Virus record (IMG/VR): IMGVR_UViG_3300017605_000245
Coordinates: 1-64,000 of that record
Source: a virus
Lineage: Duplodnaviria; Heunggongvirae; Uroviricota; Caudoviricetes; Crassvirales
Length of the DNA: 64,000 nucleotides
Strand: one strand, 5' to 3'
Made by a program: the position numbers and the translations under genes. The stretch's first letter is position 1. The number at the start of each line of letters is the position of its first letter. Below the pieces are notes generated by a model. The model ran no database searches and was not told the origin of the DNA. It was given only the letters and a program-made list of their open reading frames with translations. Positions 28,043-37,846 of this stretch are shown here, piece by piece.

Positions 28043-29905
28043 ATGAAGAAAAGTAAAGTATTATATGATATTGAAGTATTTAAGAACTTCTTTTGTGTAG
28101 GTCTAAAAGATTATGTTACTAAAAAGATTACCTTCTATGAAATATCTGAAGAAAGAAATGATTTAGATTTAATCTATAAATGGTTTAAAACCTATGACGG
28201 ATTTCTAATATCATTTAATGGAGTTTGGTACGACAATATGATTATTAAGTATTTACTAGAGAACTATAGTAAATATCAACATCTTGATTGGATTAATATT
28301 ACATTAGATTTAAAATATTTCTCAGATAAAGTAATTAATGATGAATTTGATGACCAAGATATTAAACGTATTAAATGGACTAAAACAAATTGGATCGATA
28401 TAGATTTATTCTGCTATTGGTCTAAGATGTTACGTATGTCTAAAAAGATTAGCTTAAAATCATTAGGAATTCAATTAGCATACCCTGTAGTTCAAGAACT
28501 TCCTTACAAACCTGATACAGTGTTGACTAAAGAAGATTTACCTAAGCTTCGGTATTATAACTATACCCACGATTTAGGTATTCTTGAATTACTATTGGAT
28601 AACATGGAAGGTGATGTTAAATTACGTGCAAATATTAATCAACAATATAATCTTGATTGCTGGTCATGGGATGCACCTAAAATAGCATCAGAATCTCTTT
28701 TAAGCGACTATTGCAGTAAGACACGTAAAAAGACCTTTGAAGTTCGTAAAGAACGATTTGAGAAGCCTTTTATACCTTTAGTAGATTGTCTTAAAGGATT
28801 TGACCCAGGATTTAAATTACCTATCTTTCAAAAGTTATGGGTTGACATCTTAAATTCTAATAATAGTTTTAGTAAAGAGATTCTTGTTACACACGGAAAT
28901 ACTAATATAAGATTGACATATGGAATTGGTGGATTACATTCTATTAATGAGAATGAAGTCTATGAAACTACAGAAGATGAACAAGTCGTCACATCTGATG
29001 TAGCTTCACTATATCCTAATCTTATTATTAACTATTTATGTATTAGATTTCCAGAGGTATTAGAACGCTACAAAGAGGTTAAATTTGAAAGACTTGAAGC
29101 TAAAAAGAATAAGGATAAAGCTAAAGACACATTTCTTAAACTTATTCTTAACAGTACTTCAGGTTTATTAGACAATAGTCATTCGTGGTTGTATTATCCT
29201 GAAGGTGCAATGAGATTAAGATTGATTGGTCAACTAATATTGACTAAATGTATCGAACAATGTGTAATTAACAATTGGAAAGTTGTCTCAGCTAATACAG
29301 ATGGTATTGAAGTTATTGTTCCAAAACACATGTTGCGACAATATCAAGATATATTAGATATGACTTGTAGAAAATTTGGTTTAGATTTAGAACATGAGTT
29401 TTATAGTAAAATTATTTATAAAAATGTAAATAATTATACAGCTATTACTAATGATGGTAAATTGAAACAAAAAGGTTTATTTATACATAATCCAATATTA
29501 GGTAATTCAACAGATGAATTAGTGATTGCTAAAGCTTTAGAAGCTTACTACACTAAAGACATTCAACCTAGAGAATTTATATCTAATCCTGATAAGTATA
29601 ATCTACATATCTTTGACTTTTGTAAATCAAATAAGATTGGTAAAGATTTTAAAGTAATCTGGAATAATCAGGAACAACAACAGCTTAATCGCTACTACTT
29701 TAGTAAAAATGCTCCATTTCTCTTTAAACAGAAGCATGGTACAGGAACTTTACAACATGTTAACGTAGGTCAAGGAGTGCAACTATATAATGAACACAAA
29801 GACTTTTCTTGGGATAAACGAGAGATTAATTATGCTTATTATATTAGTGCTATACAAAAGATTATTGACGAAATTGCAAATTATAATCAACTAACTTTAT
29901 TTTAA
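28043..29905 (+). CDS. Family B DNA polymerase (compact, 620 aa) with 3'-5' exonuclease domain
   Basis: Exo I LYDIEVF (D-x-E). Exo II SFNGVWYDNMII. Pol motif A DVASLYPNLII (DxxSLYPS). Motif B KLILNSTSGLL (KxxxNSxYG). Motif C ANTDGIEVIV (DTD). Confidence 0.7.
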   Translation: MKKSKVLYDIEVFKNFFCVGLKDYVTKKITFYEISEERNDLDLIYKWFKTYDGFLISFNGVWYDNMIIKYLLENYSKYQHLDWINITLDLKYFSDKVINDEFDDQDIKRIKWTKTNWIDIDLFCYWSKMLRMSKKISLKSLGIQLAYPVVQELPYKPDTVLTKEDLPKLRYYNYTHDLGILELLLDNMEGDVKLRANINQQYNLDCWSWDAPKIASESLLSDYCSKTRKKTFEVRKERFEKPFIPLVDCLKGFDPGFKLPIFQKLWVDILNSNNSFSKEILVTHGNTNIRLTYGIGGLHSINENEVYETTEDEQVVTSDVASLYPNLIINYLCIRFPEVLERYKEVKFERLEAKKNKDKAKDTFLKLILNSTSGLLDNSHSWLYYPEGAMRLRLIGQLILTKCIEQCVINNWKVVSANTDGIEVIVPKHMLRQYQDILDMTCRKFGLDLEHEFYSKIIYKNVNNYTAITNDGKLKQKGLFIHNPILGNSTDELVIAKALEAYYTKDIQPREFISNPDKYNLHIFDFCKSNKIGKDFKVIWNNQEQQQLNRYYFSKNAPFLFKQKHGTGTLQHVNVGQGVQLYNEHKDFSWDKREINYAYYISAIQKIIDEIANYNQLTLF

Positions 29906-29906
29906 A

Positions 29907-30113
29907 ATGGAGAGAAATAATTCTGAGATTAGTGTTTATATTGATTTAATAATGGATTATTATAATATATCTAATCCGATTAAAATTGCTGAATTGATTG
30001 AAGAAGAATTTGATATTTTTATATCGATTCACCAAATATCTGATTATTTAGATATTAATAAAAAAGAAGATTATGAGAAGGAATCTTTAAAAATGTATAA
30101 CCAATATTATTAA
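29907..30113 (+). CDS. Hypothetical acidic protein
   Basis: 68-aa ORF. Confidence 0.3.
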   Translation: MERNNSEISVYIDLIMDYYNISNPIKIAELIEEEFDIFISIHQISDYLDINKKEDYEKESLKMYNQYY

Positions 30114-30124
30114 ATAAATAAATT

Positions 30125-31687
30125 ATGAATCCATTATTATATGTAGATTTTTATAAACCTCATCATCAGGATATGTACCCTGAAAATATGACAAAACTTT
30201 ATTCTAATTTTACACCACGTAAAAGTAGATTAAAAGGAATTGACAATGTTGTTGTATTCGGTATTCAACATTTCGTATTAGAATATCTTATTAAAAAGTT
30301 TAATAATGATTTTTTTGGAAAACCTAAATTTAATACAAATCATTATGGTACTATTTTACCAGGAGTTATTGAAGAATATCGTCGTCATGTGTCAATTGAT
30401 ACAAAACGAATTGAAGCATTATGGGATTTAGGTTATTTACCTATTGAAATTAAAGCTTTAGATGAAGGTACTTTATGTCCTATTGGTGTACCAATGATGA
30501 CTATTACAAATACTCATCCTGATTTTGCATGGTTAGTTAACTATTTAGAAACTTTAATTAGTTGTCAATTATGGCAACCAGTTACTTCAGCAACAATTGC
30601 TTATGAATATAAAAAGATTCTTAATAAATATGCTATTGAAACTACAGGTTCAACTGAAGGAGTACAATGGCAAGCTCATGATTTTTCAATGCGTGGTATG
30701 TCTTCTGTTGAGTCTGCCATTCTTTCTGGTATGGGTCATCTTACATCTTTTACAGGAACTGATGTTATACCTGCAATTTATGCACTTGAAACATCTTATC
30801 AAGCGACTGGATTAATTGGTGCTTCTGTACCTGCTACTGAGCATTCTGTTATGTGTATGGGTACTAAAGAAAGTGAAATTGAAACTTTTCAAAGACTTTT
30901 AAATACATATCCAACAGGAATTCTATCTGTAGTATCTGATACTTGGGATTTATGGAAAGTTTGTACAGAATATTTACCAGCTTTAAAAGATCAAATCTTA
31001 GCTAGAGATGGTAAATTAGTTATTCGTCCTGACTCAGGAGATCCAGTAGATATTATTTGTGGTAATGGTGGTTTCTATACAAATGAAATAGGTTTAAACT
31101 TTGATGTAAAATTCCAAGAACAATCTAATGAAAGTAAAGGAGTAATTGAATTACTTTGGAATGCTTTCGGAGGAACTGTTAATGAACAAGGTTATAAAGT
31201 ATTAGATTCACATATTGGAGCTATTTATGGTGATAGTATTACTATGGACAGAGCTATTCAGATCTGTGAGAGACTTAAAGCTAAAGGTTTTGCAAGTACT
31301 AATATTGTATTAGGTATAGGAAGTTATACTTATCAATACAATACTCGTGATACATTTGGATTTGCAATGAAAGCAACGTACGGGGAAACATTAGAATTTG
31401 ATAATGATTACAGTGTTAATGGAGATAGTATTTACAAGTCTGTAGGGAGAGAAATATTTAAAGATCCAATTACAGATGATGGCACTAAGAAATCTAAAAA
31501 AGGTTTATTATGTGTTGTCAACGATACATTAGTTGCGGGATTAAAAGAAGGGGAAATTGCGGTACTTGATCAGTGTAGTAGTTATCAAGAATCACTTGGT
31601 TTACTTACAACAGTATTTAAAGACGGTAAACTTATTAAAGAAACTACTTTGGATGAGATTAGAGAACGTTTAAATTCTACATTATAA
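30125..31687 (+). CDS. Nicotinamide phosphoribosyltransferase-like (NAMPT/NadV family; alternatively a NARP1 Namat-type enzyme)
   Basis: LLYVDFYKPHHQDMYPENMTKLYSNFTPRKSR matches the NAMPT N-terminal block (TDSYK.THY.QYP......Y...R). HDFSMRGMSS and IRPDSGDPVD match the NAMPT GFGxRG and (V/I)RPDSG(D/N)P blocks. 520 aa. Confidence 0.8.
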   Translation: MNPLLYVDFYKPHHQDMYPENMTKLYSNFTPRKSRLKGIDNVVVFGIQHFVLEYLIKKFNNDFFGKPKFNTNHYGTILPGVIEEYRRHVSIDTKRIEALWDLGYLPIEIKALDEGTLCPIGVPMMTITNTHPDFAWLVNYLETLISCQLWQPVTSATIAYEYKKILNKYAIETTGSTEGVQWQAHDFSMRGMSSVESAILSGMGHLTSFTGTDVIPAIYALETSYQATGLIGASVPATEHSVMCMGTKESEIETFQRLLNTYPTGILSVVSDTWDLWKVCTEYLPALKDQILARDGKLVIRPDSGDPVDIICGNGGFYTNEIGLNFDVKFQEQSNESKGVIELLWNAFGGTVNEQGYKVLDSHIGAIYGDSITMDRAIQICERLKAKGFASTNIVLGIGSYTYQYNTRDTFGFAMKATYGETLEFDNDYSVNGDSIYKSVGREIFKDPITDDGTKKSKKGLLCVVNDTLVAGLKEGEIAVLDQCSSYQESLGLLTTVFKDGKLIKETTLDEIRERLNSTL

Positions 31688-32637
31688 TGAAAGTATTAAA
31701 TTTAACAAATAACGAAACCTCAGATATTAAATTTGAGGTTTCTAACTTTCCAGATGGTCAACAACAGGTTAAAATATTAGATTTTAATTATGTATTAAAA
31801 GGTAATTATTCACCAGAATATAAGATTGAATGTTCTAAAATATTTAATAATCCGATTCAAATTAAAGCAAGATTAAATAACTTTCAAGATTTAGAGTTAC
31901 TTATTTGTGTAACTAAATCTTTAAGAGGATTAGGTGTTAAAGAAATTCATTTATATGCACCATATTTCTTAGGAAGTAGAAGTGATAGAAAATTTGAAAC
32001 AGGTTCTAATAATTATCTTAAAGATGTTATATGTCCTATTATAAATTCTCTTAACTTTGAATCTGTAATAGTAATTGACCCTCATAGTGATGTACTTGAA
32101 GCTTGTTTAAACAACTTTAAAAAGTTTAGTAATTTAGATTTAGTAAAATGGATAATTAGTAATAATCCTCAAAATACTAAACCTTTATCTGATTTTATTC
32201 TAATATCACCTGATGCAGGTGCAAATAAGAAAATCTTTAAAGTTGCTGAACAAATTGGTTATACTGGAGATATTATTACTTGTAGTAAATCTAGAGATAT
32301 TGATGGTAAATTAACTAAAACTGAAGTTCCTATTAAAGCTCCTCATTTTGGTAAAGATATGATTATTATAGATGATATTTGTGATGGAGGGGCTACTTTT
32401 CTAAATATAGCTAAAGAATTTCATAAAAAATATGAAGAAGCTTATGATTGGAAAGGAATTAAACCTAAAATCTATTTAATAGTAACTCATGGAATCTTTT
32501 CTAAAGGTTTTAAAGAACTCAATCAATATTTTGATGGTATATACTGTACTAACAGTTATAGTGATTTAAATAGTCCTGAAATGTCTTTAAAATATGATAA
32601 CACATTATATAAAGTTAAACAATTAAATGTATTTTAA
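31687..32637 (+). CDS. Ribose-phosphate pyrophosphokinase (Prs) family protein (PRPP synthetase or NARP1 Adps-type)
   Basis: PRPP-binding loop MIIIDDICDGGATF (Prs VDDMIDTGGT). ILISPDAGANKK (Prs VVSPDxGGV). 316 aa. Start overlaps the NAMPT-like stop (TAATG). Confidence 0.75.
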   Translation: MKVLNLTNNETSDIKFEVSNFPDGQQQVKILDFNYVLKGNYSPEYKIECSKIFNNPIQIKARLNNFQDLELLICVTKSLRGLGVKEIHLYAPYFLGSRSDRKFETGSNNYLKDVICPIINSLNFESVIVIDPHSDVLEACLNNFKKFSNLDLVKWIISNNPQNTKPLSDFILISPDAGANKKIFKVAEQIGYTGDIITCSKSRDIDGKLTKTEVPIKAPHFGKDMIIIDDICDGGATFLNIAKEFHKKYEEAYDWKGIKPKIYLIVTHGIFSKGFKELNQYFDGIYCTNSYSDLNSPEMSLKYDNTLYKVKQLNVF

Positions 32638-32829
32638 ATGAAAAACAAAGTAGAATGCCCGTGTTGTTTAGGTACGGGTCAGCATATGGAGGCTAAGGAA
32701 ACTAAAGGTTTTAAGTATGAAGACTGTACACTATGTAATAAGACAGGTGTTGTAGAACAACAAATTGCAGATGACTATGTCTTTGCAAATTCAGGTGAAG
32801 AGAATTTTGAATCAAACGAGGATTGGTAA
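32638..32829 (+). CDS. Small DnaJ-type zinc-finger protein
   Basis: 63 aa with CPCCLGTGQH and CTLCNKTGVV (CxxCxGxG repeats). Acidic C-terminus. Confidence 0.4.
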   Translation: MKNKVECPCCLGTGQHMEAKETKGFKYEDCTLCNKTGVVEQQIADDYVFANSGEENFESNEDW

Positions 32830-32923
32830 TGAAACATGAAGTAAGAGTTATTCCTAAAGAGGAAATTTTAGCTGACAGATGTAACCAATATCAATTTATT
32901 AACTTTTTTGAAGAAGAATAATA

Positions 32924-33529
32924 ATGATAAACGCTTTTATATTAGATCTAAATCTTTTATCAGAGCACAATCTTTCAGTTGAAGAATTTATTACGTTATG
33001 TAAAGTGAATGATAGAAATCTTAACTATCATATAGAACTTAAACAAGATGTATTAAATTCATTAGAGACAAAACTATTCATTAAACAAATAATTGAAGAA
33101 AATGAAAAAATAATATTAGTTAGAGAGAAAGGTAAAATCTTAATTGATTTACTTTCTATTGAAGGAGTGGACTCTTTTAAAAACAAAAAAATTATTAAAC
33201 GGTCATCTAGAGCAGTAAATAATGAAATCGAAGATTTTGTTGAAACTTATCGTAATCTATGGAAAGGTCTCAAACCTGGCGCTGCAGGTTCTAGTAAAAC
33301 TTGTACTGAAAAGTTACAGCGATGGATGTTTGAAAATCCTACATATGATAAGAAAGACATATTGAGCGCAGCAAAACGATATATTAATTCGTTAGATAAT
33401 TATAAATATTTACAATCTGCTGATTATTTTGTATTTAAAAAAGATGGAAAAGAAGAATCATCACGGTTATCTACATTTATTGACGATGTAGATGCAATGG
33501 AAGATGGTTGGACAAGTAATCTACAGTAA
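32924..33529 (+). CDS. Hypothetical protein
   Basis: 201-aa ORF. Confidence 0.35.
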   Translation: MINAFILDLNLLSEHNLSVEEFITLCKVNDRNLNYHIELKQDVLNSLETKLFIKQIIEENEKIILVREKGKILIDLLSIEGVDSFKNKKIIKRSSRAVNNEIEDFVETYRNLWKGLKPGAAGSSKTCTEKLQRWMFENPTYDKKDILSAAKRYINSLDNYKYLQSADYFVFKKDGKEESSRLSTFIDDVDAMEDGWTSNLQ

Positions 33530-33531
33530 AT

Positions 33532-34056
33532 ATGGAAGAAGAAATATGGAAAGATGTTGTTGGATTTGAAAATCTTTATCAAATTAGTAATTTAGGACAA
33601 GTTAAAAGTTTAGAACGAACTATTAAAAATAGAAAAATTAAAAGTAAAATAATAAAAACATTTCTTATTAATAATAAGTATTTAAAATGTACTTTGCATA
33701 AAGAAAATAAATCTTTTAAATTTTTTATACATAGATTAGTTTGTTTACACTTTTTACCAATTATTGAAAATAAGAATCAAGTCAATCATATTGATAAAAA
33801 TTCTTTAAATAATAATTTGAATAACTTAGAATGGGTATCTCGTATTGAAAACATGTGTCATGCATACAAAACAATAAAAACATCTTCAAAATATACAGGT
33901 GTTTATTGGAAGAATAGGGAACAAAAATGGTTTTCTGAAATAAGTATTAATAATAAAAATATTTATTTAGGTAGATTTGACAATGAAGAAGATGCATACC
34001 AAGCTCGAGTAAATTACGAAATTGAGAATAATATTAATAATAAATATTTATGGTAA
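33532..34056 (+). CDS. HNH homing endonuclease (NUMOD4-like N-terminus + HNH + AP2-like C-terminus)
   Basis: WKDVVGFENLYQISNLGQVKSL (NUMOD4-like). HIDKNSLNNNLNNLEW (HNH H-N-N). YTGVYWKNREQKWFSEISINNKNIYLGRFDNEEDA (AP2/ERF-like DNA-binding domain). Confidence 0.6.
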   Translation: MEEEIWKDVVGFENLYQISNLGQVKSLERTIKNRKIKSKIIKTFLINNKYLKCTLHKENKSFKFFIHRLVCLHFLPIIENKNQVNHIDKNSLNNNLNNLEWVSRIENMCHAYKTIKTSSKYTGVYWKNREQKWFSEISINNKNIYLGRFDNEEDAYQARVNYEIENNINNKYLW

Positions 34057-34228
34057 CATTTGAAGAGTTCGAGAAGACTGTATACTATACAGCAACGAAA
34101 ATAGTAGTACCACTACTACATATAAGACTTGATAAAGTTGATTATATGAAAAATGGTAAATATTTACCTGATAAAGTAAAAGGTAAATTATTAGAGTTAT
34201 ATGAGACAAACTTTAAAAAATAAATAAT

Positions 34229-34780
34229 ATGAATGATACAATAACACATACTTCAACACAGGTGCCTGCAAGTACTAACTTCCAACATATTCATTTAAAA
34301 GATGAACAAAATATTAAGGTTGGTTCGTTTTACTATTACTCAAATGTAAATAATTGTAAACTTATTACAATTGATATGTTAGGTAATGTAATTCGTTCAA
34401 ACAGAAATGCGTTAGCAGGATTTAAAGCATTTATGGACAGAAGTTCATATGTGATGTTTAACTGTAATTTATTGAATCTTAATGAAGTTCAGGAATTACA
34501 AAAATTGTTTAAAACAGCATATATTCAAAAAGTACCTCTTGGTTATGGTGCAGGATTCCAATATCATTGTGGATTCTTTACACCACAAGGTGCTAATAGT
34601 ACATATGCTCGTCGTTTTGATAATCAAGCTAAAGAAGTAGGTACTATTGTTTCAGTTATAGAAAGACCTATTGTAAATAGAAATCTGTTATTAAAACTTA
34701 CACCTGAACAATTGGTTAAATATCAAGGTTATAAATATCCAGGTAATGCTGCTAAATATCTAAATTCAATTTTAAAATAA
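34229..34780 (+). CDS. Hypothetical protein
   Basis: 183-aa ORF. Confidence 0.35.
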   Translation: MNDTITHTSTQVPASTNFQHIHLKDEQNIKVGSFYYYSNVNNCKLITIDMLGNVIRSNRNALAGFKAFMDRSSYVMFNCNLLNLNEVQELQKLFKTAYIQKVPLGYGAGFQYHCGFFTPQGANSTYARRFDNQAKEVGTIVSVIERPIVNRNLLLKLTPEQLVKYQGYKYPGNAAKYLNSILK

Positions 34781-34781
34781 T

Positions 34782-35204
34782 ATGGAGACTAAGCTTTATG
34801 TAAAACTAGAAGATGTTCCTAAAACTAAATTCCGTAAAGACTTTATTAAAAAGTTTTTAAAAGGAAAAGTTATTAATAGTTATTCAGATGCTGATTGTAA
34901 TATCCTTCAATGTGAAGGTGGTAGATTCCGTAGTATTACAGAACTTCATCAAATGTGTCAAGCAAGATTTCCAAAAACTTCATTTGAAGCTATTGTGAGA
35001 ATTGTTAAGGAACTTATTGATGAAGATGCTTGTGTGTCTATGGTATGGTGTACACAAATCAACAAAGTAGTTCTAAAATATTTTGATAGAGCTACTAAAT
35101 CTTACATGACTAAAATGAGTCGTGAAAACTATTATAACTCTAAAGGAGTTGATGGATATTCTTTATCTGATTACGAACAAATTATTGACAAACTAAATAA
35201 ATAA
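34782..35204 (+). CDS. Hypothetical protein
   Basis: 140-aa ORF. Confidence 0.35.
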   Translation: METKLYVKLEDVPKTKFRKDFIKKFLKGKVINSYSDADCNILQCEGGRFRSITELHQMCQARFPKTSFEAIVRIVKELIDEDACVSMVWCTQINKVVLKYFDRATKSYMTKMSRENYYNSKGVDGYSLSDYEQIIDKLNK

Positions 35205-35220
35205 ACTAAATAAATAAAAA

Positions 35221-35820
35221 ATGAAAGAAGTTAAATGTACTAATACAGGTGGTTATAGATTAACAGAAAATAATCTATATAATGTTTTACGTGAAGAAGG
35301 TAATTTTTATATTCTGCGAAACGATGCAGGAAAAACTGTAAGATATTCTAATGAATTCTTTACAGAAGAAGTGGAAGAAGCTGTAGTTGCAGCAAGAACT
35401 GAAGAAGATGTTATTGCAAGTATTCGTGTTACGGACGGTGTAGTTGAGTTTACAGATTTCAACAACGAAACTAGACGTGTACCTAATACTTTTATTACCA
35501 ATATAAGAGTAGATGCTTCATGTGGTATTAAAGATGTTGTAGGTGTAGATGAGTTTGGACAACAAATTGACACAATTGTTGATGAATTTGAAGACAATGA
35601 TTATCTTGATTTAAGAAAAGCAATCTTCAAAAAAGGTATTCAAACTTATATTCAAAACTCACCAAGTAATGCCGCATTGTACTTATTAAGTACAGCAGTA
35701 GGTAATATTATTGATGAATATGAAGCAGTTTTAACAGAACTTGCAGATACTACATCAAGTAGACTGAGAAATCCTAACTCAGGAAATGATATTACTGCGT
35801 GGCTGATTGCTAGAGAATAA
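35221..35820 (+). CDS. Hypothetical protein
   Basis: 199-aa ORF. Confidence 0.35.
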   Translation: MKEVKCTNTGGYRLTENNLYNVLREEGNFYILRNDAGKTVRYSNEFFTEEVEEAVVAARTEEDVIASIRVTDGVVEFTDFNNETRRVPNTFITNIRVDASCGIKDVVGVDEFGQQIDTIVDEFEDNDYLDLRKAIFKKGIQTYIQNSPSNAALYLLSTAVGNIIDEYEAVLTELADTTSSRLRNPNSGNDITAWLIARE

Positions 35821-35840
35821 TATTAATTTTAAAACTTGGA

Positions 35841-36965
35841 ATGATAGAAAATGAAGGAGAACAAGGAAATAGTTTATTCCAAAGAGTTTATGACAACATT
35901 GAGAACCGTAGAGAACGTGTTCTAAGTGGTAAAATTAACTGTATACCATGGAATCTTCCTCGATTTGAGGAAGAATCTCCAGGTATCGAACAGGGTAAAT
36001 ATTATTTACCAACAGCCAATAGTAAAGTAGGTAAAACTCAAGTTACAGATTGGTTATTTGTCTACAATCCAATACAACAGATTATTGACAAAGGTCTGAA
36101 TATAAGATTAAAGATATTTTACTTTTCATTAGAGATGTCAAAAGAGGAAAAGATGTTAGCTTGTTTTGCTAATATCTTGTACATTAAAGAGGGAATAAGA
36201 ATCAGTCCCGTTGATTTAAAGTCGACCAAATCTTCTAAAGTACTTGATGAAAAGACTCTAGCTATAATCCAAAAATACAGACCTTACTTCGATAAGATTG
36301 AAGAGGTTGTAGAATTCATTGACGACATTCGTCATCCTTTCGGAATGTATGACTTAGTCCGAAGATACGCATTAGCAAATGGTAAAGTACACACTCGTCA
36401 AATTAATATAGACGGTGTTATTACAGAAGTAGAGGATTATTATGAACCAAATGACCCCGACGAGTATGTAATGGTAATTATTGACCATATTAGTTTAATT
36501 TCCACTGAAAAAAGAAAAGGTGTACAATTGAATTTACACGAGAGTATCTCAGTATTATCTTCAGATTATTTAATTAAATTGAGAAATCGATTTAAATATA
36601 TTCCAGTTGTTATTCAACAACAAAGTGCCGCTCAAGAGTCAGTAGAGAATAAGAAAGCTAATCGTTTAAAACCTACAATGGACGGTTTGGCTGACAACAA
36701 GCTTACTGCAAGAGATGCAAATGTAATTATCGGACTATTTAGTCCGTTTAGACATGAAATTGAGAAATATCAAGGTTACGATATAACTTTCTTTCGTGAC
36801 AATATTCGCTTTTTAGAAATTTTAGGAGGTCGTGAAGGTGGTGGTGGAACAATATGTCCACTCTATTTCGATGGTGCTGTAAATTATTTTAAAGAACTTC
36901 CATTACCAAATGACCCACGTTTAGAGCAAGCTAAAGACCTTGTTCGTAAAATTAGAGATAAATAA
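35841..36965 (+). CDS. DnaB/gp41-like replicative DNA helicase (RecA-fold domain only)
   Basis: Walker A TANSKVGKT. DnaB H1a signature FSLEMS. Walker B VIIDHISLI. C-terminal block RLKPTMDGLADNKLTARDANVIIGLF resembles the DnaB R...SDLRESG.IEQDAD region. Confidence 0.7.
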   Translation: MIENEGEQGNSLFQRVYDNIENRRERVLSGKINCIPWNLPRFEEESPGIEQGKYYLPTANSKVGKTQVTDWLFVYNPIQQIIDKGLNIRLKIFYFSLEMSKEEKMLACFANILYIKEGIRISPVDLKSTKSSKVLDEKTLAIIQKYRPYFDKIEEVVEFIDDIRHPFGMYDLVRRYALANGKVHTRQINIDGVITEVEDYYEPNDPDEYVMVIIDHISLISTEKRKGVQLNLHESISVLSSDYLIKLRNRFKYIPVVIQQQSAAQESVENKKANRLKPTMDGLADNKLTARDANVIIGLFSPFRHEIEKYQGYDITFFRDNIRFLEILGGREGGGGTICPLYFDGAVNYFKELPLPNDPRLEQAKDLVRKIRDK

Positions 36966-36996
36966 TTTAATAGTGGAGGTATAGGTCGGATGAAAA

Positions 36997-37764
36997 ATGA
37001 TGTTTGAGTTACCAAAAGAAGTAAGTAAAGCTACTAGAGTAAATCCTAAAAAATTAATTCTATTTAGTAAGCCAAAGGTTGGCAAAACAGAAATGCTCAG
37101 TAAATTACCTAATTGTTTGTTATTAGACTTAGAAGACGGTTCCAATTTCGTAGATGCTTTGAAAATCAACGTCCTTGATATAGCACGAAAAAATGAAATC
37201 AGTCCTATTGCCGCTCTAAAACAAGTGATTGATAAGCTTAAACAAGCAAACAAAGAGAAAGGTGGATTTGTTTATAAATATGGTGCTATCGATACCGTTA
37301 CAGCGTTAGAAGATATTGTACTATTATTAGCAAACAAAATGTATAGAGATACACCCATGGGTCGAAATTGGCAAGGTGATGACGTAACAACATTACCTAA
37401 TGGTGCAGGATATCAATATACAAGAAAAGCATTATGGTTAGTTTTAGAAGAGCTTGAAGAATGTTTTGATACATTAATCATCCTTGGACATCTAAAAGAT
37501 AAAATGATTGAAAAAGAAGGTAAGGAAATGACTGAAAGAGGTCTTGACCTTATTGGAAAATCAGCAGCAATCTTATGTTCACAGGTAGATGCTATCGGAT
37601 ATGTTTATCGAGAAGAGAATGAAACTATTGTAAATTTTGCACCATCTGAATCTATGATTTGTGGTTCAAGAAGTGAGCATTTAAAGAATAAGAAGATTAC
37701 TGTAATTACATCTGATGAGCAAGGAAAACTCACAGTAGATTGGAGTCAGATTTTTATTGACTAA
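36997..37764 (+). CDS. RecA-like NTPase of the AAA_24/Sak4-like type
   Basis: Walker A LILFSKPKVGKT. Walker B-like LLLDLEDG. Its size and placement beside helicase and primase genes are typical of phage Sak4-like ATPases. Confidence 0.5.
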   Translation: MMFELPKEVSKATRVNPKKLILFSKPKVGKTEMLSKLPNCLLLDLEDGSNFVDALKINVLDIARKNEISPIAALKQVIDKLKQANKEKGGFVYKYGAIDTVTALEDIVLLLANKMYRDTPMGRNWQGDDVTTLPNGAGYQYTRKALWLVLEELEECFDTLIILGHLKDKMIEKEGKEMTERGLDLIGKSAAILCSQVDAIGYVYREENETIVNFAPSESMICGSRSEHLKNKKITVITSDEQGKLTVDWSQIFID

Positions 37765-37846
37765 TTAATATTAACAGATGTTGGGTGATAACGTTAAGCA
37801 CAAATTTTTAATATATATAATCCAGATAAAATAAAATATAAGCCTT

